Source: Alphaproteobacteria bacterium (GTDB taxonomy: Bacteria > Pseudomonadota > Alphaproteobacteria > CAAGCB01 > CAG-977). From it: a stretch of 64,000 bases of DNA. Position numbers and translations under genes: made by a program. The DNA lies in NCBI GenBank assembly GCA_017480385.1, contig JAFVAT010000032.1:15276-79275 (forward strand), in the 5' to 3' direction. Under the pieces are notes generated by a model that was not told the origin of the DNA, ran no database searches, and saw only the letters and a list, made by a program, of their open reading frames with translations. Of the stretch, positions 29,411 through 42,131 are shown piece after piece (the first letter of the stretch is position 1; each line of letters begins with the position of its first letter).

Positions 29411-30700
29411 TTGTCTGAAAAGACATTTGTTCTGCATCCCGTTTTAAAGGACAAGGCCGATACGGGCCGATCAACTCAGGCGGGGCTGGAAGAAATTAAA
29501 AATCTGACTGCCGCAATAGATTTGGAAATCATTGCGGCAGAAGTCCTTTTATTGAACCGGTTGAATGCGGCGCTGTATATCGGCAAAGGAGCCGCCGAAC
29601 GAATAAAAGAGACAATCAAAGAAAACGGCATTTCTTTAGCGGTGGTCAATACGGCTTTATCGCCGATTCAGCAGCGCAATCTGGAAAAATTGTGGCAGTG
29701 CAAAGTCATTGACCGGACCGCGTTGATTTTGGAAATCTTCGGCGAGCGCGCCCGCACCAAAGAAGGCGTATTGCAGGTCGAGCTGGCGCATTTAAGTTAC
29801 CAGCGCTCCCGCTTGGTGCGCGGGTGGACGCATTTGGAACGTCAGCGCGGCGGCAAAGGCTTTTTAGGCGGTCCCGGCGAGACGCAGATCGAACTTGACC
29901 GGCGCGTGATTACGGACAATATCGTCAAGCTGAAAAAAGAGCTGGAAGAAGTCAAGCGTACCCGTTATCTGCATCGTCGGGCAAGACAGCGTGTCCCGTA
30001 TCCGATCGTGGCTTTGGTCGGATATACAAATGCGGGCAAGTCAACTTTGTTCAACCGGCTGACAAACGCGCATGTTTTTGCCAAAGATATGCTGTTTGCG
30101 ACGCTTGATCCGACGATGCGGCTGTTAAAGCTGCCTTCAGGTCGGCAAGTCATTCTGGCCGATACGGTCGGATTTATTTCCGATCTGCCGACTGAATTGG
30201 TAGCCGCTTTTCGCGCGACTCTGGAAGAAGTGCTGGAGGCTTCGCTAATTCTTCATGTGCGGGATATTTCTCACCCGGATACGGCGGAGCAGAAACAAGA
30301 CGTTGAAAATGTTCTGAAAGCTTTAGGACTGGCGAATCAGGTGGACAGCGGTTTAATCGAAGTTCTGAACAAATCCGATTTGCTGGAGGAGCAGGAACAA
30401 ACAGCTTTGCAGGGCATAACAGGACGTCACGGCAAACAGGTTTTAATTTCTGCCGCTACAGGAGAAGGAACTTCAAACCTGTTGGCTTTGTTGGAAAAAT
30501 CATTAGCGGCGGGAAGATTGGAGATGTTTTTGGATATTCCTGTTGCCGAAGGGGCTGCTTTAGCGTATTTATATCGTGTCGGCGAGGTATTGGAACGCCA
30601 TGATGCAGATCAAATATGCCATGTGCGTGTCCGCCTTGACCCTGCGGACGCTGCGAAATTCAAAAACAATTTTCCACAGGTGATTCATGCACAGTCCTGA
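29411..30700 (+). CDS. hflX: GTPase HflX
   Basis: HflX N-domain plus G1 GYTNAGKST, G3 DTVGF, G4 NKSD. TTG start at 29411. Confidence 0.85.
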   Translation: MSEKTFVLHPVLKDKADTGRSTQAGLEEIKNLTAAIDLEIIAAEVLLLNRLNAALYIGKGAAERIKETIKENGISLAVVNTALSPIQQRNLEKLWQCKVIDRTALILEIFGERARTKEGVLQVELAHLSYQRSRLVRGWTHLERQRGGKGFLGGPGETQIELDRRVITDNIVKLKKELEEVKRTRYLHRRARQRVPYPIVALVGYTNAGKSTLFNRLTNAHVFAKDMLFATLDPTMRLLKLPSGRQVILADTVGFISDLPTELVAAFRATLEEVLEASLILHVRDISHPDTAEQKQDVENVLKALGLANQVDSGLIEVLNKSDLLEEQEQTALQGITGRHGKQVLISAATGEGTSNLLALLEKSLAAGRLEMFLDIPVAEGAALAYLYRVGEVLERHDADQICHVRVRLDPADAAKFKNNFPQVIHAQS

Positions 30701-31478
30701 TTTGCATCAAGTGGCCAAGATCATAACGACAATTTCAGAACAAGAAGTTCTTCCCCGCTTTAATCATTTGTCGGTATCCGACGTTGATACAAAAAATTCT
30801 TCAGAGGATTTTGTCACAACGGCGGATACGGAAACGGAAAAGCGTTTAACGGCAGAACTGACCGCTTTATTGCCGGGTTCTCTTGTCGTTGGAGAGGAGG
30901 CCGCTTTTCAAAACCCGGAAGTGCTGGATTATTTAAAGGAAGAAAAGCCCGTTTGGGTGATTGATCCGATTGATGGGACAATGAATTTTGCTTACGGGCG
31001 TTCAGAAATCGGTGTGGTGGTCGCTTTGGTCTATAAAGGCGAAACGGTCGCCGGCTGGCTCTATAATCCTGTGTTCAAGCGCATGATTATGGGGGAAAAA
31101 GGCAGCGGCGCCTGGTACGAAAACCGTCGCTTAAAAGTGGCCGGAGTGACGGAATTGCACCATATGACCGGTTCTGTCGGGCGGCGCGTGGCGTTTAAAG
31201 ACGAGCGGCTGCCGAAACCGGCGTGGTGGGGCAGCGCGTCTTTTGGTTATATGATGATTGTTTCCGGCGGGGCGCATTATTCCGCTTACCGCACAAAAAT
31301 GATCAAGCCGTGGGACCATGCGGCCGGCGTTATGCTGCATGCGGAAGCCGGCGGCTACACCGCTTATGTGGACGGGACGACCTATACACCCTTAATGGGG
31401 GCCAGCCATTTAATTTCCGCTCCGAATAAAGAGGCGTGGACATATTTAAAGAATAATTTGTGCGCAAAATCTGTTTAA
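30687..31478 (+). CDS. Inositol monophosphatase family protein (SuhB-like)
   Basis: WVIDPIDGTMNF and WDHAAG motifs. Confidence 0.75.
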   Translation: MHSPDLHQVAKIITTISEQEVLPRFNHLSVSDVDTKNSSEDFVTTADTETEKRLTAELTALLPGSLVVGEEAAFQNPEVLDYLKEEKPVWVIDPIDGTMNFAYGRSEIGVVVALVYKGETVAGWLYNPVFKRMIMGEKGSGAWYENRRLKVAGVTELHHMTGSVGRRVAFKDERLPKPAWWGSASFGYMMIVSGGAHYSAYRTKMIKPWDHAAGVMLHAEAGGYTAYVDGTTYTPLMGASHLISAPNKEAWTYLKNNLCAKSV

Positions 31479-33598
31479 GATGAGCCGTCAATAACCGCAT
31501 GAATGCTGTATTTCGGCGACGTTGTCAGCGTGCGCCAGTCATTTTCCAGCGAAATAACCGGATAAGCCGGCGCCCACGGCCTGAACCCTTTTTTTTCCAG
31601 TACCGAATGCATGATAATTTTGTTGGGACGCAGTGTAAGCGTATAAGTACCGGCTTTTGAAATTTCGGAACGGTTAATTTGCTTTTTTGCATGACATATC
31701 TCATGAAAATCGGTTGTAATGAACAGTACGTCAATATCCTTCATTTGGCAGGCATCATAGGCCCCGATGCGCGTATGAGCGACGCCAATCTTAAAACCGT
31801 TTTTTTCATATAAACAAAGGCCGTACGGGCATTCTACGGTAAGTTCCCGATCCTGCCGGTTATCTGTCAGCCATGTTTTTTTTGCGCCTTGTTCCGCAAA
31901 GCCTTCTCTGAATTCCAATAATCCATCTTTGTTTTTAAAAGCCGCCGTCAATTGTTTAACGTATACGTCCGGGGAAACGATAAAAAGAGGAGAAAGCAGA
32001 CTGAATGCAAAAAGAGCCAATCCCCACAGCCGGAATCGGTTCTTCCATAAACAAAACCATAATCCTCCGATAACGGCCAACATCAGTCCCCAGAAAGGCA
32101 TTGGCGGAGATAAAAGAACGGCATGCGGCAAACCGGCGGTAAATGCGGCGGTTTTGTTGATCAGCTCTATGCCGTAAGAAGCCAACAGCAAAAAAGGACG
32201 GTCCAATCCGATCGGCATTAACAAAGTGCCGACGGCTAAAGAGGGCAGAACCCATAGCCCTATGACGGAAGAGCTTAAAACGCTGCCTAAAACAGAATAT
32301 GTCGGCAATCTTCTGAAATAAAAAATAATAAAGGGCATGACGGCGGTTGAAGCGATAAGAGAAGCGATCAAAACAGCGCATAATCCAGAAAGAAAATAAA
32401 AAAGAAGTCCCTCTTTCTTTTCCAGCAGGCGGGTGTATTTTCCGATGCCGGCTTCATAAACGCAAATCAGAGCGGCAACGGCGGCAAAGGACAGCTGAAA
32501 TCCGGCGGATACCAAAGATTCAGGAGAAAAAAGCAAAATAAAGAAAGCCGCCCAGGCCACGCATACGACAGAGACCGCCCGCCGATTTAATAAAATAGCC
32601 GTAAGCATAAACGCGATCATAATAAAGGCGCGCTGAGCGGCATAAGCGGCCCCTGAAATATGCAAATAAATGAAACAAGCGATTAAAGCGCAGACGGCGG
32701 CAATTTTTTTTGTGTTCCAACGCAGAGAAAGAGACGGGATAAGTGCCAATGTCGTTCTGATAACGGCAAAAATAATTCCCGCCAGTAAAGACATATGCAG
32801 TCCGGATACGGCTAAAATATGCGAAATACCGGCATTTTGGTAATTCTGCACAATATCGGTTGGTATACTTTTGGCATTTCCGGTAACCAAAGCTTTGGCG
32901 ACGCCGCGCGTGCTTTCCGGCAGAACGGCATCGATTCTTTTATTAATCCGGTCGCGCACTAGAGATTTCTCTGATTGTTTCAATATTTTGAAATCACTGT
33001 AAAGAGAACCGACTGCGCCGATTTTTTTGAAATACATTTGCCGGCCAAAGTCAAAGCTGGTTGGTGTATAGGCCGACGGCGGGTCAGAAAAGAAAACGGT
33101 GGCGGCGATTTCATCTCCGGTTTGGGGCGTTTGAATATTTGCCGGCAAATTCAGCCAGATGTTTTGCGGCGTTTTCCAATCGGCAAGGCTGGGAATTTTG
33201 ACATTGCTGACTGTAATGCGACTACGTCCCTCCTGCAGTTCGACGACTTCTTGGACTGTTCCTGTGATGTCTATGAAAGACATGCGAAATTTAATTCGCG
33301 GTGTACTGAGCATTACTGTGCGTACCTGCATTAAAAAAAAGCCAGCACAGAATAAAAAGATAAACTGTGATAGGAAAAAGGCCGCCGTTTTTTTCCTTGT
33401 ATCCCACAGTAAAAAAACAGAACAAAGAAAAAAAGCCGCTCCAGTTGAGATAAACGGTTCTGCGGGCAAAGCCAAATAAACGCCGATTCCCGCACCGAAA
33501 GCGACGGGAAGCCACAAAGCCAAACGATCCTGCTGTGAAATCAGAAAATCACAGATTATGCCATAAATGAAATAATAAAAAGATCTTAACCAAGACAT
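31475..33598 (-). CDS. comEC: DNA internalization-related competence protein ComEC/Rec2
   Basis: 707-aa polytopic protein with a competence domain and C-terminal metallo-beta-lactamase-like region (HxHxDH-like DFHEICHA). Confidence 0.75.
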   Translation of the reverse strand: MSWLRSFYYFIYGIICDFLISQQDRLALWLPVAFGAGIGVYLALPAEPFISTGAAFFLCSVFLLWDTRKKTAAFFLSQFIFLFCAGFFLMQVRTVMLSTPRIKFRMSFIDITGTVQEVVELQEGRSRITVSNVKIPSLADWKTPQNIWLNLPANIQTPQTGDEIAATVFFSDPPSAYTPTSFDFGRQMYFKKIGAVGSLYSDFKILKQSEKSLVRDRINKRIDAVLPESTRGVAKALVTGNAKSIPTDIVQNYQNAGISHILAVSGLHMSLLAGIIFAVIRTTLALIPSLSLRWNTKKIAAVCALIACFIYLHISGAAYAAQRAFIMIAFMLTAILLNRRAVSVVCVAWAAFFILLFSPESLVSAGFQLSFAAVAALICVYEAGIGKYTRLLEKKEGLLFYFLSGLCAVLIASLIASTAVMPFIIFYFRRLPTYSVLGSVLSSSVIGLWVLPSLAVGTLLMPIGLDRPFLLLASYGIELINKTAAFTAGLPHAVLLSPPMPFWGLMLAVIGGLWFCLWKNRFRLWGLALFAFSLLSPLFIVSPDVYVKQLTAAFKNKDGLLEFREGFAEQGAKKTWLTDNRQDRELTVECPYGLCLYEKNGFKIGVAHTRIGAYDACQMKDIDVLFITTDFHEICHAKKQINRSEISKAGTYTLTLRPNKIIMHSVLEKKGFRPWAPAYPVISLENDWRTLTTSPKYSIHAVIDGSS

Positions 33599-33667
33599 AC
33601 CACAGCCTAATCAATACTCAATAAACGTATACTATATAATAAACTGATAGTTTTGTATAGAAGCCCT

Positions 33668-33704
33668 CTGAAAAACAAAAAGCCCTTTCGAAAGAAAGGG
33701 CTTT
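33668..33704 (-). terminator. Rho-independent terminator of the aminotransferase gene
   Basis: Perfect 11-bp stem aaagccctttc/gaaagggcttt with a GAAA loop, followed on the minus strand by a T-rich run. Confidence 0.7.
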
Positions 33705-33723
33705 GGGGAGGAAGCAAAACAAT

Positions 33724-34959
<1,236 letters not shown>

Positions 34960-34993
34960 TCAGCATACTTTAGTCGGTTCCCGACGTAAAGAG

Positions 34994-36606
34994 CTATTTT
35001 TCAATAATGATTTTATCTTTGATCTCAGGCGGGAAACAGAGTTTAAAAATAGCATTGAATTTGCTAAAACTTTTATTGGCTAAAAGTTCTTCACAACTCC
35101 AATCCTTTATAATAGAAGACTTTTCTCCTGGCAGCGAGGGTATAAATTGTGCAAATGGCGATTCTGTGATCAAAGCAACCTTATTTTGATGTTCTTTTAT
35201 CATTTCATTCTTTATTTCGGCCATTTTTCCATAACCGGAAATATCCCATTGTTTCCAGTGGTTTTGAATGGCGACGCGAAAACCGATTGCTTTGGCTGTC
35301 GGGTTCTTTTCAATAAGCTGCGCTGCAAGAGCCGGACCAAAAGCGCCGTATTCCATAATAAGCGTATTATCCGGCAACATAATTTTTTCTTTTAAAAATT
35401 CTGTTTCGGTCCTTCTTCCCCAATCATTGGAATAATGAGGCACAGAACAAAACAGAAAAAGCAATAAAATAACAACCGACCAGTAAATTCCTTCCGGTAT
35501 CATTTTTTGAGGGTATTTTACCAACGAAAAACAGGAGACAATAACGATTGCGGTAAACATTTCTATGGGAATGGCAAATCTTGTATTTGCAGATAAAAAA
35601 AGCCAAATAATATAAGAAACAGCCATTAAAATACACAGTGTTTTCATTTCGGGAGAAAACGTTTTTTTTGTTTTAAGAAAAAAGAACACGGAACAAACCA
35701 TAATCGTAAACAAAAAGGATAAACGAAAATCCATAACATCTGTATTTATTATTATTTCGGATAAACCCGAATGGTTGATCAAGTAAAACGGCAGGAAAAT
35801 AAAATCAAAGAGAGACATTTTATCCGAGGCTAATTTGTCTGCGTAATTGATCAGCGGATAATAGGGCGATTTGAAAAGTTTGTTCCAAAACGGGAAAAAG
35901 GGATTTTGATAATTTTCCCATAAAAAATACATCCAGAAACCATTAAACAGAATAAAACCAAGAAAACCGCCCAGAGCGAAAACTGAAATGTTTTTAAAAG
36001 GAGAAGGTAATTTTTTGTACATTAAAATCAAAGATAATCCGCTGGAAATACAATAAATGGCGCATGCTAATTTTAATGCCGCCGCTGTTCCCAATAAAAA
36101 ACCAGCGATAAAAAAGTTTTTATCTTTTCGCACTAAGAAATAAAAGGAGGCTAAAATAAAAACATTTGAAGAAATATCATGTGATGTTGTTCCTATTTGA
36201 GACCAGACGTGAAATCCCGTTGCGGCGATTAAAATTGCGGTCGTAATTTGAATTTTTCCTTTTAAGTCCGTCGGATCAAAAAACAGAAGACATATTTTCA
36301 AGAAAATAAACATCAACAAACCAAACGGCAGGCCAGCAATAAAGTAATACAGATCAAGGTTATTGCCGCAAAAACGGATTAAAAGATAGGTTAATGCATC
36401 AAGCAAAGGATTATAATATGTCATTAATGAAGCTGCGGCCAAATCAATGCCGTGACGGGCATTAACAAAAGCGAAACCGTTATAGTAATGATACATCAAA
36501 AAGTCATATGTCATTTCATATTTGAGCAAAGCAGAAATAATTCCGCCCGCAACTAAGAACAGAATGCATGTTAATAAGGAAGTTTTATTTTTTATAAATT
36601 CAATCA
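34994..36606 (-). CDS. Polytopic membrane protein with GT-C-like (ArnT/PMT-like glycosyltransferase) architecture, in an AT-rich island
   Basis: ~12 predicted TM segments and a K/N/F/I/Y-rich composition. Likely start is MIEFIKNKT (36606) rather than the track's 36658. A frameshifted paralog fragment lies immediately upstream. Confidence 0.4.
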
Positions 36607-36689
36607 TTTTTTTCTTTTTTTTAAGAAGATATTGTGTGTCAGTTTTGGATCGGAGCAAATGGTAAGCTTGTCAGCCAGGGGATATATAA

Positions 36690-36960
36690 AAGCATTTATA
36701 ACATAGAAAAGGATTTTTTGAAAATGTGTTGTCCAGCAAGTATAAAACGCTATCTAACAGCGGATTGTAATACGCAGCGATCTGTGCAGGAGCAATATCA
36801 AGCGTTAGGCGATTATTTAAAAAAGCGAAACCGTTATAGTAATGGTACATTAAAAAGTCATGCGTCGGATTTTGAGCCAGCTGGACGACAATAATCCCGC
36901 TCCGATCAAGAAAAGCGCCAAAAGAGCAGTATTTTTGGAGAAAATTTTTTTGATATATGA
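36690..36960 (-). pseudogene. Frameshifted N-terminal fragment of a paralog of the 34994-36606 membrane protein
   Basis: Minus-strand translation gives ISKKIFSKNTALLALFLIGAGLL...(frameshift)...FLMYHYYNGFAFLNNRLTLDIAPAQIAAYYNPLLDSVLYLL, against MTYDFLMYHYYNGFAFVNARHGIDLAAASLMTYYNPLLDALTYLL in the intact gene. DNA 36812-36860 is near-identical to 36465-36512. Confidence 0.65.
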
Positions 36961-37059
36961 CAAAAGAAAAGGCAGACTTAATTTATTTTGCATATATAAT
37001 TCCATATCATTATATTAAATAGGCTCATACTATAACAGCGGACAGGCAACAGTAAAACA

Positions 37060-39096
37060 TTGAATACGATTTTGCCCCTTTATGAACGTTTGGAAGATAC
37101 GACGCCGGCAGAGTTTACGTTGGTGTCGGCTTATGAACCGGCAGGAGATCAGCCCGAAGCGATTCAGTCGCTGATTGACGGGCTGCAGAACGGTGAACGC
37201 GATCAGGTGTTAATGGGTGTGACCGGATCGGGCAAGACCTTTACAATGGCACAAATCATTCAGCGCATGAAGCGTCCGGCATTGATTTTGGCGCCGAATA
37301 AGATTTTAGCGGCGCAGTTATACGGGGAAATGAAGTCTTTTTTTCCGAATAACGCAGTGGAATATTTTGTCTCTTATTATGATTATTATCAGCCGGAGGC
37401 CTATATTCCCCGCACAGATACCTATATTGAAAAAGATTCTGCGATTAATGAGCAGATTGACCGCATGCGCCATGGGGCAACGCGGCATATTTTAGAGCGC
37501 CGCGATGTGATTATTGTTGCTTCCGTATCATGCATTTATGGTTTGGGCAGCGTGGAGTCATATTCTTCTATGGCGTTTTCCGTTCAATCAGGCCAGTCTT
37601 ATGATATTAGGGAACTGGCCAGACAGCTGATAGATTTGCAGTATCAGCGCAACGATCTGGCTTTTACGCGCGGCACCTTCCGATTAAAGGGCGATGTACT
37701 GGACATTTTCCCGTCGCATTATGAAGACTTGGCGTGGCGGCTTTCTTTTTTTGGGGACGAGCTGGAATCGATTTCCGAATTTGATCCTTTGACCGGCGTA
37801 AAAAAGCTTGAGCTGAAAGAAATCACCGTTTATCCCGCCAGCCATTATGTGACGCCGCGTCCGGCGCTGTCTCAGGCAATGAAGACAATTCGGCAGGAGC
37901 TGAAAGAACGGCTGTTTTATTATACTTCCGAAAACAAACCGCTGGAGGCCGAACGGATTGAACAAAGAACGCGTTTTGATCTGGAAATGCTGGAGGCGAC
38001 GGGGCACTGCAAGGGCATCGAGAACTATTCTCGCCATTTAACGGGCCGTGCACCGGGAGAACCGCCGCCGACCTTGTTCGAGTATCTGCCGAAGGACGCG
38101 TTGCTGTTTGTTGATGAAAGCCATGTTTCCGTTCCGCAGCTGGGGGGAATGTACCGTGGAGACTTCAACCGCAAAAGCACGTTGGCGATGTATGGATTCC
38201 GCCTGCCCAGCTGTGTGGACAACCGCCCTTTGAAATTTGAAGAATGGGACAGAATGCGACCGCAGACGATTTTTGTTTCCGCGACTCCCGGTCCGTGGGA
38301 ACTGGACCAGACAAAAGGAGTGTTTACGGAACAGATTATTCGTCCGACAGGATTGCTGGATCCTTTATGTGAAGTTCGTCCCGTTGCTGCGCAGGTCGAT
38401 GATTTAATGGCGGAATGCCGCTTGTGCGCGGAAAAGGGGCAGCGTGTTCTGGTGACGACTCTGACGAAAAAAATGGCGGAGGATTTGACGGATTATTTGG
38501 CGGAAAACGGCATCAGAGTACGTTATATGCATTCAGACATTGATACGCTGGAACGCATTGAAATCGTCAGGGATTTGCGCTTAGGTGTTTTCGATGTTTT
38601 GGTCGGGATCAACCTGCTGCGGGAAGGCTTGGATATTCCCGAATGTGCTTTAGTGGCGATTTTGGACGCGGATAAGGAGGGATTCCTGCGTTCGGACCGT
38701 TCTTTGATCCAGACAATCGGGCGTGCCGCGCGCAATGCGGAAGGACGCGTCATTCTGTATGCGGATAAAATTACCGGTTCCATGCAGAGGGCTTTGGACG
38801 AAACGGCGCGCCGTCGGGAAAAGCAGCAGAAGTTTAATTCGGATCACGGCATTACGCCGAAGACCATTCAGCGCGAAATTGCCGATATTTTGCAGGAGCT
38901 GTGTGAAAAAGAGGGCATTGACCAGCTGCCGGACAATAAGGAAAAAGAACTGTTCGGTTCGGAAAAGAAACTGAAGGATACAATAGCTAAATTGGAGCGC
39001 CAGATGCGCAAAGCGGCAGAAGATTTGGAATTTGAGCAGGCAGCCCGTCTGCGTGATGAAATCCGGCGTTTGGAACAAACGATGATGCGGTTTTGA
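37060..39096 (+). CDS. uvrB: Excinuclease ABC subunit B
   Basis: GDQPEAI, Walker [10 protein letters not shown], helicase motifs, C-terminal UVR coiled coil. The start codon is uncertain (non-ATG; TTG at 37060 or an internal TTG/GTG). Confidence 0.9.
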   Translation: MNTILPLYERLEDTTPAEFTLVSAYEPAGDQPEAIQSLIDGLQNGERDQVLMGVTGSGKTFTMAQIIQRMKRPALILAPNKILAAQLYGEMKSFFPNNAVEYFVSYYDYYQPEAYIPRTDTYIEKDSAINEQIDRMRHGATRHILERRDVIIVASVSCIYGLGSVESYSSMAFSVQSGQSYDIRELARQLIDLQYQRNDLAFTRGTFRLKGDVLDIFPSHYEDLAWRLSFFGDELESISEFDPLTGVKKLELKEITVYPASHYVTPRPALSQAMKTIRQELKERLFYYTSENKPLEAERIEQRTRFDLEMLEATGHCKGIENYSRHLTGRAPGEPPPTLFEYLPKDALLFVDESHVSVPQLGGMYRGDFNRKSTLAMYGFRLPSCVDNRPLKFEEWDRMRPQTIFVSATPGPWELDQTKGVFTEQIIRPTGLLDPLCEVRPVAAQVDDLMAECRLCAEKGQRVLVTTLTKKMAEDLTDYLAENGIRVRYMHSDIDTLERIEIVRDLRLGVFDVLVGINLLREGLDIPECALVAILDADKEGFLRSDRSLIQTIGRAARNAEGRVILYADKITGSMQRALDETARRREKQQKFNSDHGITPKTIQREIADILQELCEKEGIDQLPDNKEKELFGSEKKLKDTIAKLERQMRKAAEDLEFEQAARLRDEIRRLEQTMMRF

Positions 39097-39097
39097 T

Positions 39098-39631
39098 CTA
39101 TCGCAGCGGGAATAAAGAGTTGTAATTCACGCCCTTATACAGTTTTTCCTTCGGACGGGGCATAGACTGCGCCGTTGAGAGCAGCCCTCTGCTGCGCAAA
39201 GTCCATTCCAGATTTTGCAGTTTTCCGCGATATTGAGGTTTATCCTCGATAATAATGCTGAACCAGTGGTAAGCATTGATCGGATTGTATAACGGCGTCA
39301 ATTCGTCCCGATAAAGGAATGCCAGCTGTTCCTGCGCCGCTCTCTGACCGGAATCTGCGGCTAAAGTCAGCCACTTTTGCGCCATATAAGAATTTTTCGT
39401 ACCGGCCAGACCATACATATAAATCATGCCGACAAGGTACTGTGCATCTGCATCGCCGTGTTCTGCCGGACCGGATAGATAATCCAAGGCCGTTTGATAA
39501 TTGGCCATATCAAAAGCGGCAATTCCTCTTTCAAAATCGGTTTTAGGCGTCGGAGCCGGCATGAAATAGTCTTCAACCAGAACACAGGAGGCTAACAGCA
39601 GGACAAAAAAACAGACAGATATGCGTTTCAT
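39098..39631 (-). CDS. Sel1-repeat (TPR-like) lipoprotein
   Basis: Lipobox LLASC; Sel1 repeats (AQYLVGMIYMYG..., AQKWLTLAADSG...). Confidence 0.6.
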   Translation of the reverse strand: MKRISVCFFVLLLASCVLVEDYFMPAPTPKTDFERGIAAFDMANYQTALDYLSGPAEHGDADAQYLVGMIYMYGLAGTKNSYMAQKWLTLAADSGQRAAQEQLAFLYRDELTPLYNPINAYHWFSIIIEDKPQYRGKLQNLEWTLRSRGLLSTAQSMPRPKEKLYKGVNYNSLFPLR

Positions 39632-40242
39632 CGTTCGATTCTTTTTTGCAAAAGGGCAGCTTTTGAAAAAGAGGAATATTTCTCTTTTTTTTGGGGCGGA
39701 TCCAATTTGACATTTACTTCAAAAACACGTTTCAGGACGCTGCGGTCTTCTTTTGTTTGCCGGCGCAGTTCGCGGCGCAGTTCCACCAAATCATGGTTCG
39801 TCATGAATGTCGTGTCCAATAAAACGGCAACGGGCTCTTCTTTTTTTGTGAACTTATTTGGGTGAGTTTTGGCCAGCTGTTCCAAAATCGTATCGGCAAC
39901 CTTGTACGCATTGAACGGCCATTTATCCCCCGGTTTGGGCGATGGCGGCGTCTTGACATCGAACGGGTATCCGTCTCCGTCATAAAAGTCGATATAAGAT
40001 GTATCCCCGCGCGTCACCGGTCCTTTGACCTTACCGGACATTTCCGCTTCCAGCGCAGACATCGCTTCGCACAGGACTTTTCTGGGGTGATCTCCTTGGT
40101 GCGCCGGATCATTGATCATTTCCGCAAAACGCGGGTGTTCACGGTACCGCGCCGGAATATCATAGACTTTTTGAAATTCAAGCAGCCGATCCTGTTGTTC
40201 CCCTGCATTTTCAACGCGGGACGGTTCGGGAAGGTCCTTCAT
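39628..40242 (-). CDS. Hypothetical cytoplasmic protein (204 aa), translationally coupled to the Sel1 lipoprotein
   Basis: 4-nt overlap with the downstream gene. No signal peptide. No family recognised. Confidence 0.4.
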   Translation of the reverse strand: MKDLPEPSRVENAGEQQDRLLEFQKVYDIPARYREHPRFAEMINDPAHQGDHPRKVLCEAMSALEAEMSGKVKGPVTRGDTSYIDFYDGDGYPFDVKTPPSPKPGDKWPFNAYKVADTILEQLAKTHPNKFTKKEEPVAVLLDTTFMTNHDLVELRRELRRQTKEDRSVLKRVFEVNVKLDPPQKKEKYSSFSKAALLQKRIER

Positions 40243-40653
40243 GGCTTTTTCCTTTTCATTAAATTTCCTCTATTCTGCACCGAAAAAGCCATTTTGTCCA
40301 GAGAGTTATTCCTGTCATTTCTATTGGTCAACCGTAGAAAAAAAAGGTTGATAAGCCGCATCGGCGATATGACATAGTCAATATTAAACTAAAGAGTAGA
40401 AACGACGGTCTTTTTCTTGTCATTATATTTTTAATGCATTTCCTTATTTTTGACAAAAGGGGCTTACATATGAAAAGCTTTTTTGCCGAGGATTGAGGAT
40501 TTCGGGAAAGGAGAGAGGGATTTTTATTAAAAAAATATTTTTTATGGCTGCGAACAAAGCTTTTATTCCTGATAAAAATAAGGAAAAAGAGATTTGTAAA
40601 CTTGATTATCACAAAGAAATCTCTTATTTTTTGTATCCTGAAAGGGATAAGAA

Positions 40654-41136
40654 ATGCTTTTGCCGCCGGATTTGAATCGGGAAGAGTTATTGGCCTATGT
40701 GCGCCCGCTATATCCAAATGGGATATTTCCTTTGGGATCGGGTTGGCAGATAGTGTTTTATGCTGTTTTAATCGGGGTTGCGGCAGGCGTTTTGTTTTAC
40801 CGCAGTCCGTATATGAAACGTAGACGGGAAACATTTGCCGCTTTGAACGGGCTGAGGTGTTCTTTTTTGAAGGACGGCGATGTATCTGTTCTGGCCGGTG
40901 ATCTGTCCGTTTTAATGCGCCGTGTGGCTCTGTTCCGTTTCGGACGGGAAAGGACGGCAGGATTGAACGGGCAGGAATGGATCGATTTTTTAAAACAAAC
41001 GGGGGCGGATTTGAACGAACAGGATCAACAGCTGCTGGCCGTACGGGCCTATGCGCCGCCTTTCTCTGAACAGGATAGGACCGGCGGGAAACATTTGCTG
41101 CGTTCGGTTCAAAAATGGCTGGAGCGCAACGTATGA
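40654..41136 (+). CDS. DUF4381-type membrane protein preceding BatA
   Basis: Single TM (IVFYAVLIGVAAGVLFY), with the position and size typical of the DUF4381 genes that precede batA. Confidence 0.5.
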   Translation: MLLPPDLNREELLAYVRPLYPNGIFPLGSGWQIVFYAVLIGVAAGVLFYRSPYMKRRRETFAALNGLRCSFLKDGDVSVLAGDLSVLMRRVALFRFGRERTAGLNGQEWIDFLKQTGADLNEQDQQLLAVRAYAPPFSEQDRTGGKHLLRSVQKWLERNV

Positions 41137-42131
41137 CGGGGTTTGTTTTTCCGATCATGTTTGCTTTGCTGCCGCTGCCGCTGATCGTGCGGGCTGTTTT
41201 GCCGCCCGTCAATGATGAAAACGAGGACGCGCTCAAAATTCCTTTCTTTGCCGAAATGGAAAGTTTGTCCGCCGGCGGCAGAAGGACCATGCTGGGAGGT
41301 TTGAGAATCCGTCAGATTTTAGGGGCTTTGATCTGGATATTATTGGTCACGGCAGCGGCGGGACCACAATGGATGGGCGCTCCGGCCAAGATCCCCTCAG
41401 AAGGCCGCAATCTGATGTTGGTTCTGGATATTTCGGGATCAATGGACGAAGCGGATTTCGTCATTCAAAACAAAGCCGTGCGCCGGTGGGACGCCGTGCA
41501 GGCGGTGGCGGACGCATTTATAAAAAAACGCGAAGGAGACCGCGTCGGTATCGTCCTGTTTGGCGAAAGGGCTTATTTATACGCGCCTCTGACATTTGAT
41601 TTAAAGACGGTTTCCGATCTGCTGCGGGAAGCCGATGTTGGCATGGCGGGACCTCAGACGGCAATCGGAGACGCTTTGGGTATTGCGTTAAAAACGATGA
41701 TTGATGTTCCGGCGGAAAGCAAGGTTGTCGTTTTATTATCGGACGGGGCGGCCAATGCCGGCAGCATGAAACCTATGGAAGCCGCAGATTTGGCAGCAAA
41801 AATGGGTGTTAAAGTGTATACGATCGGGGCCGGTTCCGATACGATGCAAATGGGCGGAATATTTGGAATGATGCCCTTTGCGCGCGGGGACGAAATTGAT
41901 GAAAAATCGCTTCAAGAAATGGCACAGAAAACGGGCGGGCGGTATTTTCGGGCTAAAAACACGCAGGAGCTGTTGGAAATTTATAAGGAAATCGATGCGC
42001 TGGAGCCGGTGAAAAACGATGATGTGTTTGTGCGTCCCGTCAAAGTGTTGTTTTATTATCCGCTGGCGGCGGCTTTCGGTTTAAGCGTTTTGGGGGCTCT
42101 GCTGATGCTGGCGGGCAGGAGAGGGCGATGA
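41115..42131 (+). CDS. batA: vWA-domain protein BatA
   Basis: N-terminal TM pair, vWA MIDAS DISGSM, C-terminal TM. Confidence 0.75.
   Translation: MAGAQRMTGFVFPIMFALLPLPLIVRAVLPPVNDENEDALKIPFFAEMESLSAGGRRTMLGGLRIRQILGALIWILLVTAAAGPQWMGAPAKIPSEGRNLMLVLDISGSMDEADFVIQNKAVRRWDAVQAVADAFIKKREGDRVGIVLFGERAYLYAPLTFDLKTVSDLLREADVGMAGPQTAIGDALGIALKTMIDVPAESKVVVLLSDGAANAGSMKPMEAADLAAKMGVKVYTIGAGSDTMQMGGIFGMMPFARGDEIDEKSLQEMAQKTGGRYFRAKNTQELLEIYKEIDALEPVKNDDVFVRPVKVLFYYPLAAAFGLSVLGALLMLAGRRGR

Noticed and set aside
36634-36894. 86-aa plus-strand ORF in the AT-rich island.
   Set aside because: It overlaps the opposite strand of the frameshifted paralog fragment, whose minus-strand translation shows clear homology to the adjacent membrane protein. 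The plus-strand ORF is therefore spurious.
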